Below are positions 8,678 to 17,975 of a stretch of 32,000 nucleotides of DNA, one piece after another. The notes below the pieces were generated by a model that saw nothing but the letters and a program-made list of their open reading frames with translations, did not search any database and had not been told where the DNA came from. This DNA comes from Patescibacteria group bacterium. GTDB taxonomy: Bacteria > Patescibacteriota > Minisyncoccia > UBA6257 > HR35. A program made the position numbers and the translations under genes. Where the stretch lies: NCBI GenBank assembly GCA_023480925.1, contig JAMCWY010000015.1, positions 1 through 32,000 on the forward strand, read 5' to 3'. The stretch's first letter is position 1. The number at the start of each line of letters is the position of its first letter.

Positions 8678-9911
8678 GTTTCAAAAGTTAAAAAAATTTT
8701 ACGGGCCTTTGTTAATTTTAGCCGTTTTTATTTTTTCGGCGATTTTTTATTTTGTCGGTTTAAACCAAGGCGTCAGCCAAGCCCAACTCCAATCGTCTTT
8801 TCTCTCGTCTAAGGATTTTAGCCCGGAAAGTTATAAAGTTTTTTGGCAGACTTGGGATCTGATTAAAAAGAATTATGTTGACCAGACGGCGGTTAACCCG
8901 GCTAAAGCCGGTTTGGCCGCGGCTCAGGGTTTGATCCAATCGTTGGGCGATCCCTATTCGGAGTTATTTTCGCCTCAAGAAGCGAAAAATTTTAACATTG
9001 ATTTGAACGGCAACTTCAGCGGCGTTGGCATCGAGATCGGTTATTATCAAGGCGTCTTGGCGGTTATCTCGCCCATCAAGGGTACGCCCGCGGCTAAGGC
9101 TGGTTTGGAACCGAATGATTATATTTTAAAGATTGATAATCAAGACGCTTCGAATTTAAGTTTAGATGGAGCGGTTTCGAAAATTAGAGGTCCGGCGGGA
9201 ACGACCGTGACCTTGACGATTATGCGCAAAGGTTGGGATCAACCCAAAGATTTTAAACTTATTCGAGAAAATATTAACGTTCCGGCGATCACGAGCAAGT
9301 TCTTCCAGCCCGATATTGGTTATATCCAAATTAGCAGTTTCAACCAAAAAACCTATTCCGAGTTTGTCAGCGCCTATCAATCTTTGGTCAACCAGGGCGC
9401 GCGCCGTTTCGTTCTTGATTTACGCAATGATCCGGGCGGTTATCTTGACACGGCCATTCAACTCGCTCAACTTTACTTGCCCAAAGGTAATGTTATCGTC
9501 AGGGAGTGGTGGGGCGTGAAAAAGCAAGCTGATGTTGTTTATTCCGACGGGCCCGGCAGTTTGGCCAAGACGCCCACGGTTATCTTGGTTAACGGCGGCA
9601 GCGCTTCGGCGGCTGAAATTTTCTCGGCTGCTCTCCATGACAATCTTGGCGTTGAATTGATTGGCCAAAGAACTTTTGGTAAGGGTAGCGTCCAGCAAGT
9701 TTTTAATATTGATAATTATATGCTTAAACTTACGGTCGCTTATTGGTTGACCCCCAATGGCGTGCGTTTGGAAGGCAAGGGTTTAAACCCCGATGTTGTC
9801 GTCAAGGAAAATCAAAACAGCGCCGAATCGATTTTTGGCAATCCTGATCCGACGACCGATCCGGTTTTAGCCAAAGGTATTAGTATTGTCGAAGGTTTAA
9901 CGCCGAAATAA
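8676..9911 (+). CDS. ctpA: Carboxy-terminal processing protease (S41 family, PDZ-containing)
   Basis: It has an N-terminal membrane anchor, a PDZ segment (GIEIG...VISPIKGTPAAKAGL), the catalytic region GGSASAAEIF and the GKGSVQ lysine motif. Confidence 0.9.
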   Translation: MFQKLKKFYGPLLILAVFIFSAIFYFVGLNQGVSQAQLQSSFLSSKDFSPESYKVFWQTWDLIKKNYVDQTAVNPAKAGLAAAQGLIQSLGDPYSELFSPQEAKNFNIDLNGNFSGVGIEIGYYQGVLAVISPIKGTPAAKAGLEPNDYILKIDNQDASNLSLDGAVSKIRGPAGTTVTLTIMRKGWDQPKDFKLIRENINVPAITSKFFQPDIGYIQISSFNQKTYSEFVSAYQSLVNQGARRFVLDLRNDPGGYLDTAIQLAQLYLPKGNVIVREWWGVKKQADVVYSDGPGSLAKTPTVILVNGGSASAAEIFSAALHDNLGVELIGQRTFGKGSVQQVFNIDNYMLKLTVAYWLTPNGVRLEGKGLNPDVVVKENQNSAESIFGNPDPTTDPVLAKGISIVEGLTPK

Positions 9912-9913
9912 AA

Positions 9914-10402
9914 ATGGTAAACAAACTAAGAAAGAAAAATAAAAAAGATAAAAACTTAGCCGCGGTTTTGCTTGAAGACGTGCCGAAACTTGGTCAGTTT
10001 GGCCAGGTTAAAAAAATCAAAGCCGGCTTTTACCAATTTTTGGCCAAGAAAAACAAAGTGGTTTTGTTAACGAAAGAAATTGAGGCTGACTTGGAAAAAG
10101 TTAAGACCGAGGCGCGGGCAAAAATCGAGGTTGGTCGTTTGGGCGCGGAAAATTTTAAAAACCAGATTGAGGCTTTGACTTACTTTGAAAAATTAAATGT
10201 TGGCAGCCACGGCGAGGTTTACAATTCCGTCGCCAAAGAGCAGATTAAAAATTTTTTACTTAGTCATAATCTTAAAATTGAGAAAAGTCAAATTGAGCTG
10301 GATCGGCCGATTCGAGAATTGGGCGATCATTCGGTTAAAATTCATCTTGGTCACGGTCTTGCGGCCGAGTTGAAAATCGTGCTCGAGCCGATCCAGGCTT
10401 AA
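9914..10402 (+). CDS. rplI: 50S ribosomal protein L9 (with a basic N-terminal extension if ATG 9914 is used)
   Basis: The LLEDVPKLGQFGQVKKIKAGF motif and overall length fit L9. It starts 3 nt after the ctpA stop. Confidence 0.85.
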   Translation: MVNKLRKKNKKDKNLAAVLLEDVPKLGQFGQVKKIKAGFYQFLAKKNKVVLLTKEIEADLEKVKTEARAKIEVGRLGAENFKNQIEALTYFEKLNVGSHGEVYNSVAKEQIKNFLLSHNLKIEKSQIELDRPIRELGDHSVKIHLGHGLAAELKIVLEPIQA

Positions 10403-10404
10403 TT

Positions 10405-10432
10405 TTGATCAAGTCCGCTAATTTAGTATAAT
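10405..10432 (+). promoter_or_regulatory. Candidate promoter upstream of ctc/L25
   Basis: TTGATC (10405-10410), 16-nt spacer, TATAAT (10427-10432). Confidence 0.4.
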
Positions 10433-10455
10433 ATTCAACGAGACAAAATATTTAA

Positions 10456-11007
10456 ATGATTCAGTTGGAAAAAAGGAATTTAAACAAAAAAAGCCAGGAG
10501 CATAGAAAAAATGGCTATGTGCCAGGTGTTTTATATGGTCCGAATTTTGAAAACACTTTAGTTTTGGTCAAAGCGAGCGATTTAAAAAGAGTTTTAACCG
10601 GCCATTCGGGCGGATTGATTGATTTTAGTCTTTCCGGTCAGGCCGGTTCGGGCATTTTTCACGAAATTCAAAAGCATCATCTTTCGGGCCAGCCAATTCA
10701 CTTTGATCTTTACGTCCCAATTCTCGATAAACCAGTCACGGCGACTGTACCTCTGGTTTTTATCGGCGAGGAGGCGCTCGAACGTTTAGGTTTGATTTTA
10801 AATAAGACTTTAACTGAACTCGAGATTGAGTGTTTGCCCCGAGTCTTGCCTGATCAGATTGACGTTGATGTTGGTGGTTTAACTAAAGCGCATCAATCCT
10901 TATATCTGAAAGATTTGAATTTAACTAAGGCGATTAAAATTTTAACGTCGGCGGAAACGCCCGTGGCAACCGTCTTGCCAATTAGTGAAATTGAATCAAG
11001 CCAATGA
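10456..11007 (+). CDS. ctc: 50S ribosomal protein L25 / general stress protein Ctc form
   Basis: It has RKNGYVPGVLYG near the N-terminus and the two-domain Ctc length of 183 aa. Confidence 0.85.
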   Translation: MIQLEKRNLNKKSQEHRKNGYVPGVLYGPNFENTLVLVKASDLKRVLTGHSGGLIDFSLSGQAGSGIFHEIQKHHLSGQPIHFDLYVPILDKPVTATVPLVFIGEEALERLGLILNKTLTELEIECLPRVLPDQIDVDVGGLTKAHQSLYLKDLNLTKAIKILTSAETPVATVLPISEIESSQ

Positions 11008-12497
11008 GGCTGATTGAAGAAATTAAAAAAAGAAAATATGACGGTGAGCGGATTGGTCAAAGATTCGATCGCCAATCTTCGGCCGAGGCCAAGCTGGTTT
11101 TTGTCAAAACCAATCGGCCGAGTTGGTTCAAGCTCAATCAACCTTTTCGATTTAATTGGCAGGTTGGTCTGGTTTTTCTCGGCGTCGTAATTATCATTCT
11201 TGGTTTAAACTCAAGCACGGCCGCGCCAACCGGACCAAATTATTTTTCTTACGAAATCAAAGATAATCTTTTGGCTCAAGCGGTCGATATCGGCAAGTTG
11301 CGGTCGTCTCTTCAAAATCAACTCCAATCCGTTCTTAAGGAAATTAGCGGCTATAAAGTTCAGATTAACACCCTCCAATCGCAAAATCGAAGCCTAAGCG
11401 AAGAAATTGCGTACCTTGAGGCAGAGATTCATAAGACCGAGCTGGAAATTGAGGCGGTCAAATTGGAAGTCGCCGATTTACAAAATCGGGTTGTTGAAAC
11501 AAAGCAATCAATTTCTCAAACGCAGTCTAAGATTGACCAGTCGAAAACATTTTTGGTCGCCTCGATCAGATATTATTATCAACTGACGCGGAAGTCAATT
11601 CTTGAAGTTTTCCTCGCCAACGAAACCTTATCCAATTATTTTGACGATTTTGTTTTCGCCCAAAAACTTCAAAGTCAGATTAGCACGGAGATTGACAGCC
11701 TAAAAAAATTGGAAGCGAGTTTGGCTTATCAAAAACAACAGTTGGAAAGTCAACTTCAAGAGCAAAGCGATCTTTTCCAGTTGGCGACGGTTAAGAAACA
11801 AGAATTGCAGAAATTAGACAGCAGCAAGCAAACGCTTTTGACTCAAACCCAAGGCCAAGAGAGCCGGTATCAAAGTCTTTTAGTTCAAAAAGAAAAAACC
11901 GCCGCCCAAATTAGAGCTCAACTTTATCAACTTGCCGGCGGCAGCGGCGCGATTACATTTGGCGACGCTTTAAAATTGGCTCAGTACGCCAGCAATCTCA
12001 CCGGCATTCGGCCAGCTTTTCTTTTGGCTATTCTTGATTACGAGACGAGGTTAGGTCAAAATGTCGGTTCTTGCCACTATCAGGACGCGATGAGTCCGGA
12101 CGAACAGCCGGATTTTTTGAAAATCACAACTAAACTTGGTCTTGATCCGGATAATGTCTACGTCTCCTGTAAACCTTGGTATGGTTGGGGCGGCGCGATG
12201 GGACCGGCTCAGTTTATTCCGTCAACTTGGCTTGAGTACAGCGATCGAGTTTCCGCCTTAACCGGCGATCGGCCGCCTTCGCCCTGGAACAATCTTGACG
12301 CTTTCACGGCCGCGGCGATCAAGTTGACCGACGCCGGCGCGGCTCAGCAAACTTATGACGCGGAATGGAAGGCGGCGATGATTTATTTCGCCGGTTCGAA
12401 CTGGTCGCTGTCCTCGCTTAGCTTTTACGGCGACGACGTTATGTCGATCGCCAGCCGGTATCAGACCGATATCAATACTTTAAATTCGGGTCAGTGA
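11004..12497 (+). CDS. Membrane-anchored coiled-coil protein with a C-terminal lytic transglycosylase (SLT/MltB-like) domain
   Basis: It has a TM helix (VGLVFLGVVIIILGL) and about 220 aa of Q/L/E/K-rich heptad-like sequence. The C-terminus carries LAILDYETRLGQ (a candidate catalytic Glu) and GAMGPAQFIPSTW. Its start overlaps the ctc stop (ATGA). Confidence 0.75.
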   Translation: MRLIEEIKKRKYDGERIGQRFDRQSSAEAKLVFVKTNRPSWFKLNQPFRFNWQVGLVFLGVVIIILGLNSSTAAPTGPNYFSYEIKDNLLAQAVDIGKLRSSLQNQLQSVLKEISGYKVQINTLQSQNRSLSEEIAYLEAEIHKTELEIEAVKLEVADLQNRVVETKQSISQTQSKIDQSKTFLVASIRYYYQLTRKSILEVFLANETLSNYFDDFVFAQKLQSQISTEIDSLKKLEASLAYQKQQLESQLQEQSDLFQLATVKKQELQKLDSSKQTLLTQTQGQESRYQSLLVQKEKTAAQIRAQLYQLAGGSGAITFGDALKLAQYASNLTGIRPAFLLAILDYETRLGQNVGSCHYQDAMSPDEQPDFLKITTKLGLDPDNVYVSCKPWYGWGGAMGPAQFIPSTWLEYSDRVSALTGDRPPSPWNNLDAFTAAAIKLTDAGAAQQTYDAEWKAAMIYFAGSNWSLSSLSFYGDDVMSIASRYQTDINTLNSGQ

Positions 12498-12549
12498 AAC
12501 AACCGGTTATAATTAACTAATTAGTCGGGTTAATTAAAAAAATAAAACA

Positions 12550-13206
12550 ATGAGAAAAAATTTTTTCGTTCTTTTGTTGATATTTGCGCTTGGCTTTGTT
12601 TCGATTCCGTCTTTTTGGATCGTTCGAGCGGACCAGGCCGATACTGGCGATAATGGTAGGTATACAAGCGATCAGGTTGCCACTTCGTCGGCTCCGTCGG
12701 AAACAAACACCGAGGCGGCGAGCTTGGAGTCGAGCGACTTAGTTTCAACTTCGTCTAACTCGATTGATTCTAACAATTCATTCAGCCTCGAAAATAACGG
12801 TCGGACAGTCGCCTCGGGTCAGGTCGTCAGTTTGACCAACCAAGACTTGGTTGTAAGTGTTCAGGGCTTTAATGTTGATTTTCAGTTGGCCAGTTCGACC
12901 CTCGTTCAATCACGGCTGGAGGGTGAAGGCGCGCTCGGTCAATCTTTTAATTTGAGTAACATTAATGTCGGCGATCGGGTTAAGGTCAAGGGTTGGTGGC
13001 AAGCTCAGACAAAAAATTTTGTCGCTTCGACCGTTATCGATTTTAACCTTCAAGTTAATCGTGCCGATTTCAGTCAAGCTCTTAACGGTATTTTGAATAA
13101 TGCCGAATTGGTTCAAAAACTGATTCAAATTTTGACGCCTTATCTTCATAACTTTGGTTTTGATCTTAGCCCGACTCCCACTTCAACCTCAACTCCGTCA
13201 AATTAA
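12550..13206 (+). CDS. Secreted protein, unknown function (signal peptide, S/T-rich ends)
   Basis: The signal-like N-terminus is MRKNFFVLLLIFALGFVSIPSFWIVRA. There is a Ser/Thr-rich linker and a PTPTSTSTPSN tail. Confidence 0.55.
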   Translation: MRKNFFVLLLIFALGFVSIPSFWIVRADQADTGDNGRYTSDQVATSSAPSETNTEAASLESSDLVSTSSNSIDSNNSFSLENNGRTVASGQVVSLTNQDLVVSVQGFNVDFQLASSTLVQSRLEGEGALGQSFNLSNINVGDRVKVKGWWQAQTKNFVASTVIDFNLQVNRADFSQALNGILNNAELVQKLIQILTPYLHNFGFDLSPTPTSTSTPSN

Positions 13207-13426
13207 TTATTATCAAAACAATCAATTTTTTCGCGCTTCAGATTTAACTGCGGCGGCTGTTTGAAATCGTCGGCTAAATTTGTTTTTCCGGTTTCTAATT
13301 TTGACCGTGGCAGTCTTTGGCTGGCTTGATTAAATTTAAAACCATAAGTTAAAATATCGCCTCGTCATAAAATCAACGGGTTTTGGTTTGTTTGCGATTA
13401 GGCCTGGTCGGTTTTTGTTTTTAAGT

Positions 13427-14869
13427 TTAAGGCTGAGGCGAAAACAAGTTTTTGATCAAGCGGTTAAATTTTTCGCCGCGATCGAACTCGTTTTTAAATT
13501 TTTCAAAACTGGCGCTGGCCGGCGAGAAGAGAATAATTTTTTGGTTTAACTTAACCGCCAACGCCTTTTTGAAACAATCGTCTAATTGTTCGCAAATATT
13601 TTTTTCTTCGATCTCAAGGCCGATTTTTTTGAGTTGATGGACTAATTTTTTTGTTGCGCTGCCGTTAAGTAAGATTAGTTGTTTTGGTTCCAGCCGGTTT
13701 TTAATCGTCAAGGTCAAATTTTTGAAATCGAGATTTTTATCCGTGCCGCCGACGATTAAAACCATATTTTTGGTCCCAAAATGATTTAGGGCTTGAATGG
13801 TCGCGGCCGGACTAGTGCTGGCACTGTCGTTGATGACAATTAGATTTTTTTGTTTGAAAATAACTTCTTGGCGAAATTTGATTCGAGGTAAATTTTTCAG
13901 ATTGGTTTTAATTCGGTTCAGATTTTTGGGATTGAAAACAGCGGCGGCTTTTATTTGGCCGTAAACGTAAACGGTCAAAAGGCCGGCGAGAAGATTAGCC
14001 AAGTTGTGTTCGCCCCAGTTCAACCTAAATTCTTTAACCGAAAAAAGTTTTTTTAGTTTTCGGTTCGATTGGAAATAAATAAAATTGTTTTTGACGAAGA
14101 GGCCGTTGGCTGATTTGGTTAAAGGCTTAAGCGAAAAAAAATAAATTTGACTCTTTAGCTTTTGTTTAAGCAACAACTCGGTCCAGTTATCATCGCGGTT
14201 TAAAATTAAAAAGTCGGCCGGTGTTTGGTTTTGAAAAATTTTTGCCTTGGTTAAGACATACGTCTTCATATTTTGATAACGATTAAGGTGATCGGTTGAG
14301 ATGTTGGTAATTAGGGCGATTTTTGGGCTGGGTTGGTTCATTCGGTAAAATTCGAGCTGGAACGAAGATAGTTCGACAACGCTCAGATCGGTTTTTTTCG
14401 TTTGGTCGATTATCTTGAGCAGGGGTTGATCCGGCTGGTTGCCGCCGAAACTGACTTTAAATCCGAGCCGGGTCAGAAAAAAATTCGTCCAAGTCGAAGT
14501 CGTTGTTTTGCCTCGCGTCCCGGTTATGGCGATGATGTCGTTTTGGCTTAATCGAAAAAACAAAGAGCAATCGTTTTCAATTTGTTTGTTTTTGGTTCGG
14601 GCGAACTGAATGAATTTATTTTTAAACGAAACGCCGGGGTTAACGACAATTAAATCAGCCCAACCTATGTCTTTAAACCGATGCCGACCAAGAATATAGG
14701 TCGCTTTAATTTTTCGCAAGCGCTTAATCGAGTCGGCTAAATTTTCTTTTGTTTGAAGGTCGGTGATTAAAATTTTGCTTTTTTGCCGATTAAACCACTT
14801 AACGCTGGCAACGCCGCCGCCCAATCGGCCCAGACCGAAAATTAAAATTTTTTTGTTTTTAAAAATCAT
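13427..14869 (-). CDS. murD: UDP-N-acetylmuramoyl-L-alanine--D-glutamate ligase
   Basis: It has the N-terminal Rossmann motif ILIFGLGRLGGG, the Mur ligase P-loop ITGTRGKTTT and the C-terminal SPASASFEKFKNEFDRGEKF. Confidence 0.85.
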   Translation of the reverse strand: MIFKNKKILIFGLGRLGGGVASVKWFNRQKSKILITDLQTKENLADSIKRLRKIKATYILGRHRFKDIGWADLIVVNPGVSFKNKFIQFARTKNKQIENDCSLFFRLSQNDIIAITGTRGKTTTSTWTNFFLTRLGFKVSFGGNQPDQPLLKIIDQTKKTDLSVVELSSFQLEFYRMNQPSPKIALITNISTDHLNRYQNMKTYVLTKAKIFQNQTPADFLILNRDDNWTELLLKQKLKSQIYFFSLKPLTKSANGLFVKNNFIYFQSNRKLKKLFSVKEFRLNWGEHNLANLLAGLLTVYVYGQIKAAAVFNPKNLNRIKTNLKNLPRIKFRQEVIFKQKNLIVINDSASTSPAATIQALNHFGTKNMVLIVGGTDKNLDFKNLTLTIKNRLEPKQLILLNGSATKKLVHQLKKIGLEIEEKNICEQLDDCFKKALAVKLNQKIILFSPASASFEKFKNEFDRGEKFNRLIKNLFSPQP

Positions 14870-15129
14870 TCTATTATCATTTTAAATGATTCTTCCCACT
14901 TGTTTCTGATCGAATTTATCCCAAATATCGAACTCAAAATTTTGGCGTGATGAAATTTATCTAATTCCGACTTTTAAACTCAGTTTTAATCCAGCCGCGA
15001 TCGCGTCGGGAAGTCGTGTCTAAAGAAGTCGGGATTCTTGTTTAATTTTTAAGGATTGTTTTAGGGCTGTCGAATAAACTCTAAAGATAGGTTCTAGCCA
15101 GAATTTTCCCCAGGTCTGGAGATTTGAAT

Positions 15130-16365
15130 TTATAGACTGAGATTTTTAAGATAACGCCAGATCGAGTCGTTTTTTATTTGTTTGAAGCGGAGCGCCTCTT
15201 TTTCACTAAAAGCCCGAGGCCGGTTTGATTTAATTTGGTTGTTGAAAAAAATAATCGGAACGGGACCGAACTGATGTTGACCGGTTTTCGAGTTGGTAAT
15301 ATGATCGCCGGTAATGACGAAAATAAAATCATCGAGGTTAAGTTTTTTAATCAACTGGCCGAAAGCAAGATCGAATTTTTCAAAAAACATTTTTTTCTTT
15401 TCCGGATTTTTGTCGTGGCTGGCCTCGTCCGCGGTTTTAAGGTGGACGTAGGTGATGTCGGCCCTAACTTGGTTATTTAAGACCGCTTTAAAGATAAATT
15501 CGAGTTGGTCCGATTCTTTTTTTAGCTCCGGCACGGTTAATGTTTTAAATCCGGCTAGTTCGCAGGTTCCTTTGATTACGCCATTTTCAGCGACAACCAG
15601 ACCGCTTTTAAAGTTGAAGCGCTGAAAAAAATTTTTTATTCGAGGCAGACCGACGCCGCCGCCGCGGGCAAGGAGAAAATTAATTTTAAAAAGTTTTTTG
15701 GCCAAACGTTTTTGATTGAGGGGATTTCGATCGAGGTAGTCGTGGCTGACGCTTAAGAACGATTGAACCAGGTCGGCCGTCTTGATTGAATTTTTGTCTC
15801 GAACCAATGGCTTAATCGGCAGAACTTTTTTGTTGGTTGAAAGCGGATCGGCGTTTGAGATTTGATCCGATAATTTAAATTTATTTTTATTCGGATCTGA
15901 TTTGAAAACTAAAACGCCGCGGTGGCCATAAGTTGAGTAGAGGCGAAAAGGAACTAAAAATGGTATTTTATTTAGATCGGCGACCAAATTTTTAACGCCC
16001 CAGTTGTTTCGACCGGCCCGGCGGTCAATGATTTTAAGATTGGCGTCAACGCTGCCAAAATCAATTCGAAAGGCAAGATCGGAATTTTTATAGGCAATCT
16101 CGCTCCCAATCGCTTCGATTGGCCCGCGCCGAACATGAATTTTTTTAACCGAATAACCCAAAAGACCAAGATTGGCGTCTTGACTGACGCTGGCATAACC
16201 GTCTTTGGGCCAGCTTGATTTGTTTAAGGGCAAGGTCCAACTCAAAAAACTTCGATTAAGCAATTGGCCGATATTTTTAGACCGAGCCAAAGCCAGAGGT
16301 GTCTTCGGCCCGGCCGGATCGGCCAGACCGTCAATCAGGAAAAAAATAATTTTTTTCGTCTTCAT
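15130..16365 (-). CDS. apgM: Cofactor-independent phosphoglycerate mutase, archaeal type (ApgM)
   Basis: It has IIFFLIDGLADP at the N-terminus and the metalloenzyme-superfamily motifs HLKTADEASHD and ITGDH. Confidence 0.8.
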   Translation of the reverse strand: MKTKKIIFFLIDGLADPAGPKTPLALARSKNIGQLLNRSFLSWTLPLNKSSWPKDGYASVSQDANLGLLGYSVKKIHVRRGPIEAIGSEIAYKNSDLAFRIDFGSVDANLKIIDRRAGRNNWGVKNLVADLNKIPFLVPFRLYSTYGHRGVLVFKSDPNKNKFKLSDQISNADPLSTNKKVLPIKPLVRDKNSIKTADLVQSFLSVSHDYLDRNPLNQKRLAKKLFKINFLLARGGGVGLPRIKNFFQRFNFKSGLVVAENGVIKGTCELAGFKTLTVPELKKESDQLEFIFKAVLNNQVRADITYVHLKTADEASHDKNPEKKKMFFEKFDLAFGQLIKKLNLDDFIFVITGDHITNSKTGQHQFGPVPIIFFNNQIKSNRPRAFSEKEALRFKQIKNDSIWRYLKNLSL

Positions 16366-16368
16366 TGC

Positions 16369-16746
16369 TTAAGGATTAAAAATAAAAAATTTTGGCAGAA
16401 AAACAAGGACGGCGATGACAACGCTAAAAATGACAAACAAAAGCACGGCCGCGCCGGCGATGTCCTTGGCTTTTTTGATTTCCGGATTAAAGTCGGTCGT
16501 GATGGCGTTGCCGAGTTCTTCGATGCTGGTATTAAGCATTTCGATGACAAGGCCAAGTAAGATTAAAATGAAGATAACAAACCACTCTTCCAGACTGATT
16601 CGTAAGACCAAACCAAGGGCGACAGCCAAGCCACTAAAAAGGATTTCGATCAAAAAGTGCCGATGGGTTTGAATTAGATAAAAAAAACCGGATCCGGCCG
16701 AACGAAAACTTCGTTTTAACGCCCTTTTTTTTGGTTTTTGCTCCAT
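16369..16746 (-). CDS. dgkA: Diacylglycerol/undecaprenol kinase family protein (DgkA)
   Basis: It is a 125-aa protein with 3 TM helices and has EMLNTSIEELGNAIT and KKAKDIAGAAVLL, characteristic of prokaryotic DAGK. Confidence 0.85.
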   Translation of the reverse strand: MEQKPKKRALKRSFRSAGSGFFYLIQTHRHFLIEILFSGLAVALGLVLRISLEEWFVIFILILLGLVIEMLNTSIEELGNAITTDFNPEIKKAKDIAGAAVLLFVIFSVVIAVLVFLPKFFIFNP

Positions 16747-16805
16747 TGAATTTTTACCCAGATAAAATTTTAATTGATCGTCGTTTTATCCTGAATATTA
16801 TTTTA

Positions 16806-17975
16806 TTATAAATTACGGCTTATCGGTCGGAATTTTTTTCGGCCGCTTTTTAAGATCGCCTCGAGACCGATTAAATTTTCTTTGGCCAAGTATTCGAGCA
16901 TCGCCCCGCCGCCAGTCGAGACGCGTTTGAACCGATTGATAAGTCCAAGCCGGTTAAGAAAAGCAATCGTGTCGCCGCCGCCGACTAAGACGAAATTTTT
17001 ATTTTTGACCAAAGCTTGTGCCAACGTCTTTGTCCCATTTTGGAACGATTTGTTTTCGACGTAACCGAGCGGGCCGTTCCAAACAATCGTCTCGGCCGAT
17101 TTGATTTTGGTTAAGATTAGTTCAAGACTGGCTCGGCCCAGATCAAGAATTCGGTCGGTCGGTTTAATTTTATCAAGACCCGTTTCTTTTTTGTTCGCTA
17201 AAATAAAATCGGTTGGCAAAATAATTTTGGCCGAATCAATCGATTTGACTTTGGTTAAAGTTTTTTCTTCAATCAAAGATTGGCCGACTTGAGCACCTTT
17301 GGCTTTGAGGTAGGTGTTGGCTAGACCGCCGCCAAGAATAATCAAGTCGGCCTTTTTGAGAAAATGAATAATCAGCGGCAGTTTCGTGCTTATTTTCGCT
17401 CCGCCTAAAATTAAAATTAACGGCCGTTTCGGTTTAAAAATTTGGTTGAGCTGTTTTAGTTCGTTTTCGAAATTGGGGCCGATGTAACTGGGCAAAAATT
17501 TTGGCGGTTGAACAATCGAGGCGTGCCGGCGATGGGAAGCGGAAAAGGCTTCGTTGATATAAATATCGGCCAAGCGAGCCAGCCGCCGGCCGAATTTTCG
17601 ATCGTTTAATTTTTCGCCCGGCCAGAATCTGAGATTTTCGAGAAGATTGATTTTTGCTTTTGGTCTTTCGTCGGGATTTTTTAAAAAACCAATTTTAAGC
17701 CTTAATCTTTTTTCAATTTGAGGTAAAATTTTTTTGAAAGAAAATTTTTTCGCCGCCCTTGATCCGGGCTGAGGATTATCCCAGTGACTAATTAAAATTA
17801 TTTGGCCAGCCGATTCAAGTTCAGCCAGTGTTTTTTTAACGCTCTCGATTCGGTGCCAGTCAAAAATCCGACCCTGGGCGAAATCAACATTGAAATCAAC
17901 CCGGACGATTATTTTTTTATTTTTAACTTTATTTTTGTTTTGACTGAGCCGAAATTTTTTTTCAGGTTTGATCAT
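16806..17975 (-). CDS. pgk: Phosphoglycerate kinase (start taken at MIKPEKK; the ORF also opens at 18023)
   Basis: It has VRVDFNV near the N-terminus, GGAKISTKL, GGGLANTY and VSTGGGAMLEYL. Starting at 17975 gives a 14-nt overlap with the comM stop. Confidence 0.9.
   Translation of the reverse strand: MIKPEKKFRLSQNKNKVKNKKIIVRVDFNVDFAQGRIFDWHRIESVKKTLAELESAGQIILISHWDNPQPGSRAAKKFSFKKILPQIEKRLRLKIGFLKNPDERPKAKINLLENLRFWPGEKLNDRKFGRRLARLADIYINEAFSASHRRHASIVQPPKFLPSYIGPNFENELKQLNQIFKPKRPLILILGGAKISTKLPLIIHFLKKADLIILGGGLANTYLKAKGAQVGQSLIEEKTLTKVKSIDSAKIILPTDFILANKKETGLDKIKPTDRILDLGRASLELILTKIKSAETIVWNGPLGYVENKSFQNGTKTLAQALVKNKNFVLVGGGDTIAFLNRLGLINRFKRVSTGGGAMLEYLAKENLIGLEAILKSGRKKFRPISRNL

Noticed and set aside
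14870-15129. A 260-bp gene-free spacer between apgM and murD, and the 220-bp spacer at 13207-13426, considered as possible ncRNA or riboswitch loci.
   Set aside because: I found no conserved ncRNA signature (SRP, tmRNA, 6S or riboswitch cores) and no convincing stable helix. They are probably promoter or terminator space.
16264-16672. Plus-strand ORFs (98 aa and 85 aa) and a 64-aa minus-strand ORF around the apgM/dgkA junction.
   Set aside because: They overlap the well-supported apgM and dgkA genes and have low-complexity or biased composition.
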